A stretch of 64,000 nucleotides of DNA from Chrysomallon squamiferum. Taxonomy: Eukaryota; Animalia; Mollusca. The translations under genes were made by a program, and so were the position numbers. Where the stretch lies: positions 42,470,001-42,534,000 of the forward strand of contig CM022665.1 in the NCBI GenBank assembly GCA_012295275.1, read 5' to 3'. Position 1 is the stretch's first letter; each line of letters opens with the position of its first letter. The notes below the pieces were generated by a model. That model was not told the origin of the DNA. It ran no database searches and saw only the letters and a list, made by a program, of their open reading frames with translations. Of the stretch, positions 54,101 through 64,000 are shown piece after piece.

Positions 54101-57100
54101 GTGAAAAGATAATTTTAAAGATATTTCTACAGTGTACATAAACCATATCTGTAAAATATTAATTATCTGTCTCCAAACAGAATGGAAAATAAACAGAGAA
54201 TATATTTATCATCTTTTCATGTCAGATGTTGTTATTAAATATTGTTTTAACTATAAACAACATTTCTGTTTTTAGTACTGTCTCCAACAAAGTATTTATT
54301 GAAAAACAAAAGATGAAAGGAATTTATGCTCAATTCAGATAACGATGTAGGTGATATATTTGAAGATTGAAATCAAAGAAAACAAGGAAGGTAGACCTCT
54401 ATCAACATACCTCGTCAGTTTCTTGCAGGAACTGTTGCAGCATGTGCTGATCTTTAAGTCGTTCGAGTTGGTCATCTGCACGCTGGCGATTATTGTTTCG
54501 TCTTTAAGACAGAAGAAAAAATTCCAGAATGGTATACATGACTTAAATCTTATCAATATAAATATTCTATTATTTTTGTTACATCTTTAACACAGAAGAA
54601 AAATTCCAAAATACAAATAGATAACTTAAATCTTATCAATATAAATGTGCTGTTATTCTGGTTACCTTTTAATGTAGAAGAAAAATTCCAAAATACAAAT
54701 ACATAACTTAAATCTTATCAATCTAAACATACTATTATTATCTGCTTCCTAACCATTAGTTTATTTTCTTACTAGACTGCTGAAATGAAAGATAAACATA
54801 TCCTTATTACTAAAATAAACATGAAGAAGAAATGCTGCTAGTGCAATCGTCATAACACTATTATTAGTTTTTTCTTAGTTTATGTAATATTTCTACAAGG
54901 ATTCTCTTCTTAACTCCAAGGAAATCTGCATCATACTTAAAAAGACAGATAAGAACATTTCTCAGAGTGGAATATACTTATTTTTTTTTTTTTTTCCTTC
55001 CCTATCTTTTTATTCTATTTCTGTTGCTTTTAGGACGTTTAATTTGGGATCTCTTTTCTTCACATACCTTTCGTTTATGTTTTCAGCTTTTTTCTGTATT
55101 TTGTCAGCAGCAAAATGATTCTCGTCAATGAGTCGATCAGCAAACTGCAGAACTGCGTTGATTTTCTCATCATTTGCATCCATAGTTGTGATAAATGCTT
55201 CATGTCGCTTGATCAGATTCTCTGCTTGCTGGACAGAATTCTTCAAAACAAAACAAAATATGTATCTATCTGGTCATAAAAATCTCTTGCTGCTGCAAGT
55301 TAGTTATCTGCAATCATCAATTGTAATATAATGTTTATGATATTATTACTTGAAAATTTGATATGGTTCTTAAACTTGCAATTTAATAAAATTTCAGTAA
55401 AATATAATTCTGGTTCTTTGGGGGAAAATTACTAATTAAACCAACACCTACTGTGATTTATTGTTTATTATTATTATTTTTTTTTTTTTTTTTTTTTATA
55501 TTTATTTTTATTATTATTATTATTTTAAAAAAAAAAAAAAAATGTAAAAAATATTTAAATTTTATAAAAAAAAAAAATAGAATATCTGTATATTATTACA
55601 TCTGTCTAATAAATCATTTTGCTGTTGATACTACATGCAATATTTTTCTAGGAATAAAAACTAATTTGATCTTAAATCACTGATTGTTTTAGAAATCTAA
55701 ATAAAAACATTAATGAAAACTGATTTCATTATATTTATATTTATATATTTTAATACTTTAGGTTTCAATAATAACAGTAGCAGCTCTCATTATTTTTTAA
55801 ACAGTGATTTCTCTTTACAAAAAAATTATAATAATAATAATTATTATTATTATAATTATTTTAAAGGAGTTTCAGGGTACTAGAATATTAAAATTTAAAT
55901 TTCCATGTCAACATGCTGTTTACAACAAAATACATTTATTCAAGAAAAAAAAAAAAAATAATAAATAAATAAATAAAATCAAAAAGAAGGAAAAAAGGAA
56001 CGATATTAATCCTAAAAAAATGCCTGCATTACTCTGATAATGATAACTGAATTCGAATTAATGACTAAAAATAATAACTGAAAAAAAACAAAAAAAAACA
56101 AACATCAGCTACATAATTGTTATATTTGTCTGTAATAAATAACTAAATCAATTATTTTACCACAATAATCTTAATCTGATTTTAAGCCTTTTTTTCTGTC
56201 TGTAAATTAGTGTTAACCAGCATTAACGTATACATGGTATAACATGCAATCTATTTAAGCTGCATAAACACCATGCTAAAACTAAATACTATTTTTTTTT
56301 TTTTTTTTTTTTTTTTTATATATAATTGAATGTTTTTTTGTCACTGAAGTATTAAAAACTTTTAAAAGCTGAATTCATGCTTGCTATTTTATTTTAAAAT
56401 GAAAAAGTAATCAAAAATTAAAATCTTAAGGAAATGAATCCATTAAGAAGTTTATATAAATTTAAAAAGCTAATATTAACTAATTAGAGTTTTACTTATC
56501 CATTCACAGGATTAGTAAATATATATGCTGGATTATTGACTGTTAATCCATTTAACATTTTTAATTGTATCAGAACACACAGTTACATATATATTTCTTA
56601 TACACATTGAATTAAGGGGAGGGAAATACATTTTCAAATGTTAATTCTGGCTACAAAATTGTTATGAGTTATGGAGGTAATATAAGTATTTGTTTTACAA
56701 TAGGTTTTTTTTTGGTTATAATTTTTGTTTTATATGTTAATGTTAATTCTTCTTAAACTTTCCAAATATTGAATTAAATTTATACAAATTAGAGACCATA
56801 CTAGAATAAACAAGAAATGGAAATTATGAATTAACAGCTGAATCGTAAGCATTCTTAAGAAGCTGAAAAAGTAGAAGTTTCATTACTGCAGTGAGATATA
56901 GTTGGATATATTACATTAGCTAACCTAACATCCAACTTCAATCTGATAAATACATAAATACAATCATCCACATCCAGCAAAGAATCCAATAGTAAAAATA
57001 AAAACTATTAAAAACATGATAAATCCCAGAAAATAAGAACAGAAATAAAATAATAAAAATATTAAACAAATATAGAAAGCATTTAAAAAATAAATACAAA

Positions 57101-57771
57101 ATCAATCTGTATCAAGAATATATAAATAACACTAAAAGCCGTGCCTTTGTTCTTCCATCACCAGAAGATTGCTTTTAGCATTTTGTGCTTTTGCACGGTG
57201 TACTAAAATAATTTATATATTTTTTTTTTTTAACTAATATGTTACTCTGAAACAAAAAAATAAAATAAAATTAAAATTAAAAGAAATATATATATATACA
57301 CAAAAATAAAGAAAATATATATGGATGATGAATATTAGAAGTACAATATCTGCCACATGAAGAAGGTTATTAAGCATATTTTGGTAATAAGCTAAATGAA
57401 ACTAAAAATAATGATCATGCAAATTTCATGCATGAATGAGATGTATATGTACAATCATGCATTGCTATACCAGAAATGTTTACTGAAGCTACACAAATGG
57501 TTTACCTGTCTATCTATTAGGCCAACTGTACTCTGCATAACAGAATGTATCACGAAAATGAGCATTACAAAATGAAAAGCTTTCATTACTAACATTGGTG
57601 CTTTGACAAGAAAATAATGGATTATTCCACAAATATTTGCTATAAACTATACCATTAAAATATTATTTGATGTATCCTTTTTAAATATTCCATTTACATA
57701 CACAGAAAGATATTTTTTGGTATGATAATAACAACTTTAAATTTAAAAACAATCTAAAAAAAAAACTAAAT

Positions 57772-57802
<31 letters not shown>

Positions 57803-60800
57803 GGATTTTAAAAATAAACATTTAATTAAAAATTGTAAAAGTATCTAAATTAATACTCAAGTTAATTTTTTTACTCTGAACTTAATATTTATACAAATCA
57901 ACTGCTATGTCAAAACTGTTAGAGGAGGTTATGATACAAACAGTGTCCTAACTATACTTTAAGTTAGTCAAAGCACCGGATAATTGACATAATAATTAAA
58001 CAATTACACTATCAATGACAAAAATATTCTGGTATGAAATGATAGCCACAAGTATGAAACAATTCCCAAATTCCCACTATGATGATCTGGCAGATGATTA
58101 AAATGATGTGGAAACTGGACAATATGATATTTGAGCAGCGTGCCATTAAAAAAAAAAATTAATAATGAATTAATTGCATGACACAAGTAAAAAATCATCT
58201 ACATCATGCAGCCAAGTTCAAACAAACTGCTCATCAACAGTGTTAGTGTTTAAAGGTTAAAACCAACTTGAATTATCTGTAAAACTTGTAACAATGCATT
58301 GATAATCAACTTGGTGCAAAATAATGTGTTCTTAAATTGTAAGAAATTTTATTTTCTAAAATAATCATCTGCTGTCTGCTATTAGCAATATCATTCAAAT
58401 GAATTATTAAATAGCCTAACAAGAAATATTATACTGTATTTATTATTGAGACATTTCAAGAAATTCCTTACAGACTGTCTTATTAAATTAAGAGACATCA
58501 AATAGAGAACTTGAGACAGAATTATCATTATACTCACTGGAACATCTTCTTTAGACAAGAAATTCTCCTGCTGGTTGAGCAGAACCTCTGCTTGTTTGGC
58601 ATCACGAAGGAACATCTGAATTAAATGAAAGACATTACACATCCAAAAAAAAAAAAAATAATAATAATAATAATAAGTAAATTTGAAAATAAATTTCTAT
58701 TTAAAACAGTTAAATTTTTTTAAATTTAATTCACATTCAAAATCATAAAAATGAATGTTATTATTCTACAATAATAAATTTTATTAATCTTGATTTTTTT
58801 TTTAACAATAATTTTAAAAATTACTTTTAAATTTTAAAATGTTAAAAATTTATTACACTGATGAAGTGATACATTATTAAGTTTAATTAAAATTTAACCT
58901 GGTAGTTGAGACTTTGTGAAAGAAGTTGTTGTCTGTTCTCCCACATCTGATGTAGTTCTTTCCAGCCATCATCAAGAGCTTGAAGTCGCTATTATAACAC
59001 AAAAATACATAACATCAGATTTTTTGTACAGAAATGAATGTTTGCATCAGATAAATAAAATAAAAAAAAAAAAAAAAAAAAAAAAAATGAGTAACAATAT
59101 TTTTACAAATAAATTTTTGAATCAGTGGGAATATATATCTGAAATGAAGACACTTCAAAATGATATTACTGTTAATTAAAGAAGTGAAAAAGAATCAATT
59201 CTGTACTACTTACACAAATTAAATGGACTAGTTCACATTATGTTTTAAAAACATTTAATAATGTGCTTTTTAAAGAAAACTTTATTTTATTTTTGATGTT
59301 CAACTACTAAAGGAATAAGTATTTAATCAATAGAAACTATTATACCTGTTTAAGGAACATATACTGTGGATCGTGTTCCTGTCCCTCTGTCACCTTGTCA
59401 CCAAACTCTTTGATCTTAGCATACTCAGGTGCGTAAGCGTCAATCTCGTCCTTGATCTGCTGGTGCTGGTTGAGCAGCTTCTCAGCATCAGCCAGGCTGT
59501 TTGGTATGTCCTCTGATGCAATTGTCGTCTGCGTGCGTGCCAGCCACTGCTGGAAGTGATCGAGGCTGCCGAGGAAACGTTGCAGTTCTCCAGCTTCTCC
59601 AAGCTTCTCATCACGTTCTTTCAACTACACAAAACAAGCAGAATGGCATAAATTTATGTTTTATATAAACTGTACCTAAATTAATGTTTTATATAAACTG
59701 TAAGTAAATTAATGTTTTATTTAAACTGTATCTTTGTTATAGTTTTTTTTTTTTTTTCTCTCATGTGTTTTGTTCAATAACATAACCATTTATCTATTAT
59801 TTCCATTTAAGTTTCAATAACCATTTACAAGTCAATTAAAAAAAATTATAATAATAATTTAAGTATCATTAAAAGAAATTTGTTTTCTGAATATCTAAAA
59901 AGACAAGACCAAGCCTTCATGTACAAGAACTGAAAGATGAAAATTCCAATTAACCCATTTATCACAGGACTTCACCTGAAGTTATATAATTTTGATAATG
60001 ACAGACACTGATAAGAAGATATAACCAACCATTTCCTTGAGGTCCATCCAGACGTTGTTGATTTCAGCAACCTTCTCACGAATAGCCTGGGCTTCTTCTG
60101 GTTTCTCCTCCTGAAGTCTTTCTGCTTCATTTTGAAGAGATTCAAGCTGTAATATGACAGTTATAAATACATTTATCTTCCCTGAATGTATTTCAATAAA
60201 AAAATATGTTCTTAATCAAAGTATAAAAAAATATTACCACAAAATGTTTTTTTATTTTTGTTGTTTTTATTCTTTTAATTTTTTTTTTTGAACTCGTAAA
60301 TAATAAAATAAACAAACTGACATTTTAGTTACCACTACTAAATGTTAGAACACTGTGCTCATCAAGGTTTTGTGTTTTTTTCACTGGGATTATTACAACA
60401 CCTTTATTCTTAAATTTTTTATCTGCTGAACTAATCAATTTATTTTCTAAAAATAAAATTCATTATCATATCTGTGCATCTTCAAAGTAATTAATTATAT
60501 TTGTAGATTTATTTCTTCTGCTATATATTTTATCATAAATGTTAATAGATATTAAAGCTTATATAGGTGATGAATGTTGAAGTGTTTACTTTAGCCTGAA
60601 TGGCAGCAAGATCTCTCTCCATTCCGCTGAGTCTGCGCTGAAGTGTCATCACACCAGCAAGATCGTTTCCTAACTCCTCTGTCGATTCTATCACTTTGGT
60701 CTTCTCATGAATCCAGCTCTGCAAAGTTTAGAATGTTATTTTGAATAATTGAATAAATGAGGAAGAGGAATTAAGCCAGGAAGGTAGTCTAGAAAATTAA

Positions 60801-63800
60801 AGGAACAGAATTTCTATGAATCTCTGTAATACTACCTAACAAAAGTGCCACTGAAAATCATTTAAAATGTAGTATTCTAAAGTATATAACATTATTTGAA
60901 ATATTTGAAATAAATACGGAAGAGGATACTTTAAAATTGTTAAGGAATAGATTTGTTATGAATCTCTGGAATACAACTTAACAAAAATGCCACTGAAATT
61001 TATTTAAAATGTAGTATTTTTAAACAAATATTTAATCTGGCATCAATCTTCTGTAGGAATTAAAAATAAGAATACAAATCATCACTTACAATTGTCTCAT
61101 TACATTCAATATGGAAGTTTTGAAGTCCATGAGCAAGATTGATTTCATCACGTTTCTGGTCCAACATTTCACGAAGTTTGTTCCAGCTGTAAAAACGAAA
61201 CATAACTGAATTAAAATTCATATTAGTTTAGACATAAGTTTATAATAAACCTAATAATAAGTCAAAACATTAAAACAAATAAATAAATTAATTAAAAACT
61301 GAATGTGAAATTTATAGATTCAGATTAAAAGATTAATGTCTATATTTGCATTGTAATGTGTTTTATTTAATTCAATGTCAGAATATAAAGAAAAATCCAA
61401 ACATATTTGAATTATAATTTTAATAAACATCCAACAATAATTTTAAAAAAATAAATGAAATAAAAAGAATAAACAAGTGATAAATACACACAATTATTCA
61501 TCTATTTTGTTTTTTCTTTTATTCAGATCTCAAATATTGATCAGATCTGCATAATTATATTCATTATTTAAAACATTTAAGCTCTATGGAAAGTTAAATA
61601 ACCCTGCTAGCAACCTTCCACTGAGCTTGTTCAGATCTGCATATTTATATTCATTATTTAAAACATTTTGGCTCTACGGAAAGTTAAACAACCATGCTAC
61701 CAACCTTCCATTGAGCTTGTTCTGTCGAGCAACAACTTCTTCAGCATTTGGATGTTCCACCTGAAGAAGCTGTCTGGCCAGCTGGTTGACGACCGCCACT
61801 TTTGATGCTGACGAGTTCATCTCATTCTTGAAGCTTTCGAAACGGTGCTTCATGATAGCAAGCTCTTCAATATCGTCGGTTACAATGATTGTGGTGAGGA
61901 ATTTCTCCTATTATTGAAAACAAAGATTAATAAAATTGTTATATTACTTTTAAGATGGAAAAATTCAAAATTGTCATTCTTAATTTGTCAACTGAATTCA
62001 ACATGAATAAGGAGGTTACGAACTGCAGTTAAATTGCTACATGTTTACATTATCATCCAAAGATTAATTCTTAAGTAAAATTTTAATACAATTCTATTTG
62101 TTGTGTCAGAAGAAAAAGCTATCAGAAGTATTATAAATTTATTTACCTTTTCATCAATCCAAGTTTCCACTCCATCTGCCTCATTGAAGAGCTTGTACAG
62201 CGAAAGTGCATCAAGTAACCTTTGTTTTCTGATTTTGGCCAGTTCCAGAAGTTCTTGGTAACGGCGGTCAATGCTACCAAGACGACTCTGGACATCAGGT
62301 GATTCACGGTCCTAAAAAATATTTTATATTTATAATAAAGTTTCAATAGTAGCTACCTAGATCAAGTTTTTATCCACATGTCTAGTTATTTAACTTTACT
62401 GTAATTATCAAACATTACAACAGACTGCACAGACTTTTCATTTGATGTAAAAGGTGAATTGGCAAGATTATAGACGAGGGTATTTAATTTTATTAAATTA
62501 TAACACAACTAAGACAACAGGATAGTATTCTGACCTTTAATAATAAACCACTGACGTAAAAACCACATATGATCCTTTAAAATAACAAACTGGCAGTCTT
62601 TGATTTATACTGAATTAAAATGTATTCTTACACATTTCACCAAACATACACTAGCTCAGACAGTTCATAAACTATAAGTAACATGTTGGCACTGTGTTTA
62701 CACATGAAAATAAAGATTCTGAGGGTCATAGTAAGACTTACTTGTTCTCCGAGGCTGGCAGCCTGTTCATGAAGGGCCTCAATAACACTCTGGTAGTTCT
62801 TAAGGTCATCAGTTACTTCCTGCAAGAAAAATAATTAAAATTTACCTAACAGATTGTGTTTATGATTTTATTATTTCTTTTTTAAAACATTTAGTCTTGT
62901 TTCTTTTTTGCTACTTGAATATATATGAAGGCCCATCTTTACTATACAGTGAATTCACTACAATATAATAGCTGGAAGTGACCCAGTCATGATCACTGAA
63001 GACTAAATCAATACCACATTTAAAAGACAATGCTTGGCTCAAGATTAACATTCACCATGCACTTATTTGTTACTTGATATTCACAGTAAATCTCAGGTGA
63101 CTGCATAGTATGGACACCCATCTAATATACCATCAATAACAATCTAAGACTAGATTTTTTTTTTTTTTTTAAATAGATTAATTGTTTTGGTTTGCTTTGG
63201 TGTTGATCTCTGCATTTCTGAATTTTAGCAATATATGAAATAATAATTCATATGTGTTTCACATATTATGTTAGCTTTAATACAGTATCAAAAATTTCAT
63301 ACAATACTATATTAAATATTTTATTATTAAATTTCTATAAAGACTAAATGTGTTTACAGTTGTCTTACTTTGTGTTTCTTCAGCAGGAACTGTACACTGG
63401 CTTCATCCTTCCCAACATCCTCACTTGAAACAAGACGCAGTGTGTCAACCATCCAGACATCAACATCATCAGCATCAGCAAAGAACTGAAAATTTATCAA
63501 TTATTTAGAACTTTTTCTAATACAAAAATTCAAATAATGAATTATATTTTTAATGCAATTTCTACTTATTAATTTATAATCCCAATGATTGAAAAAAATA
63601 ATTAAAGATTAAAAATTCAAAAAAGATTTCTCATTGGCTTCATCCAGCTAACATGCAATTACGAAATTTATACTTGTACATAAAATATCTGAAAATTATT
63701 ACAAAAACATATGTTTTAATGTGTTTTAATGAAGAAATCCTGTAATACCTGGTAGAAGTCAACAGCCTCATTAAGGCGTTTTTTACGAAATGCCGCCAGA

Positions 63801-63949
63801 TCAATGAGACTTTCCCACTGCTGGTTGATCTCATCTGTGCGACTCTGTATCTTGTCTGCACCGAAATTCCCAGCACTGATGAGGTCATTGCCGACTTCCA
63901 GGACAGACTGCAGGTGACTGTGCCGGGCAGTCATCTCGTCTTCCATGGC
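34182..63949 (-). CDS. SPTBN1: Beta-spectrin (conventional, non-erythroid type), 5' part outside window: about repeats 4-17, linker, PH domain
   Basis: Exons 63749-63949, 63369-63485, 62742-62819, 62147-62311, 61705-61907, 61090-61186, 60590-60718, 60030-60146, 59346-59624, 58899-58988, 58538-58615, 55068-55240, 54411-54501, 53774-53920, 53109-53375, 52728-52858, 52211-52397, 51633-51833, 50971-51179, 50650-50854, 50026-50289, 49530-49640, 48924-49168, 48433-48571, 48157-48241, 47629-47720, 47141-47245, 46542-46669, 46018-46118, 42577-42711, 39776-39871, 36363-36459, 35464-35539, 35009-35155, 34182-34334. Motifs [90 protein letters not shown], and C-terminus [11 protein letters not shown]. 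The symbol denotes the invertebrate co-orthologue of SPTB/SPTBN1/2/4. Confidence 0.97.
34335..34670. repeat. Tandem array of about 65-bp units, each carrying a copy of the last-exon 3' splice site
   Basis: ctgaaataaacaaat... recurs at 34335, 34390, 34456, 34521, 34586 and 34651. Confidence 0.85.
35156..35370. repeat. Degenerate tandem repeat (about 23-bp unit) starting at a PH-exon acceptor
   Basis: Unit approximately acaacaaaacaactatcacagaa. Confidence 0.75.
35776..36060. mobile_element. hAT-like MITE, about 285 bp
   Basis: Imperfect terminal inverted repeats AGTGTTTTCCCTGAG / CTGGGGGAAATACT. Flanks tgtattgt and tatattat resemble a decayed 8-bp TSD. Interior is GC-richer than the intron. 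Confidence 0.55.
37434..38451. mobile_element. Non-autonomous DNA transposon, about 1.0 kb, with 18-bp TIRs
   Basis: TAGGTACCGGCAGCCTAA (37434-37451) and TTAGGCTGCCAATACCTA (38434-38451) are inverted repeats matching 16/18. CpG-rich interior and no ORF. Confidence 0.65.
44222..44266 (-). CDS. Candidate 45-nt alternative beta-spectrin exon ([15 protein letters not shown])
   Basis: ttttttgcttag|GGACC...CCAGCAG|gtgaca. Phase 1-1 like its flanking exons, and stop-free. Confidence 0.55.
45243..45690 (-). CDS. Candidate paired beta-spectrin microexons 45663-45690 (28 nt) and 45243-45250 (8 nt)
   Basis: cctaac...gtgttcag|AGATTTTATTAACAGTGACTCCAGTCAA|gtgtgt and gttctttgcag|TGTCGAAG|gtaaat. Together they make 36 nt in frame ([12 protein letters not shown]). 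Confidence 0.4.
48054..48135. repeat. (AAT)n microsatellite
   Basis: Direct run; source of the poly-Y ORF at 48005-48199. Confidence 0.95.
53046..53093. repeat. (GAGAT)n/(GA)n microsatellite
   Basis: Direct run. Confidence 0.9.
54502..54745. repeat. Triplicated unit of about 83 bp beginning at a beta-spectrin acceptor
   Basis: ctttaa..agaagaaaaattcca..acttaaatcttatcaat occurs three times. Confidence 0.85.
57506..57532 (-). CDS. Candidate 27-nt beta-spectrin microexon (STVGLIDRQ)
   Basis: ttctgttatgcag|AGTACAGTTGGCCTAATAGATAGACAG|gtaaac. Phase 0-0 and stop-free, with three TGCATG motifs within 90 nt downstream. Confidence 0.65.
61541..61722. repeat. 90-bp tandem duplication including a beta-spectrin exon end and donor
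   Basis: tcagatctgc...caaccttcca(c/t)tgagcttgttc repeated at 61541 and 61631. Confidence 0.9.
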
Positions 63950-64000
63950 CTGAATAAACAGATTACGGTTAATAACAACCTAAGCTTTCAACAATAAACA

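Noticed and set aside
57135-57250. GC-richer patch with CCGTGC/GCACGG stem and a strong minus-strand acceptor at 57247
   Set aside because: The stem is too short for a pre-miRNA. As an exon it hits a stop in the required frame and has no good donor, so it is left uncalled.

Overview
AT-rich, intron-rich animal genomic DNA. It is probably a lophotrochozoan such as a mollusc, but that is inferred from composition and protein similarity only. Four genes can be assembled by hand from splice signals. (1) CLASRP/SFRS16 on the minus strand, start at 12490, running off the left edge. (2) An unidentified single-coding-exon 284-aa gene at 14439-15293, head-to-head with CLASRP. (3) A complete REST corepressor gene (CoREST/RCOR, 14 coding exons, about 513 aa), which carries an extra GATA-like C4 zinc-finger exon. 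(4) The 3' two-thirds of a beta-spectrin gene on the minus strand (about repeat 4 through the PH domain, 35 exons), tail-to-tail with RCOR. The most interesting signals are in splicing. CLASRP has a tandem 5' splice site (GTCA|GTAAG) whose frameshift can be cancelled by a 17-nt microexon. The long beta-spectrin introns hide several frame-preserving microexons or cassette exons, one with three downstream RBFOX motifs. Tandem duplications recur at exon-intron boundaries. There are also several MITE or DNA-transposon relics and microsatellites. No prokaryotic systems, rRNA, tRNA or CRISPR were seen.
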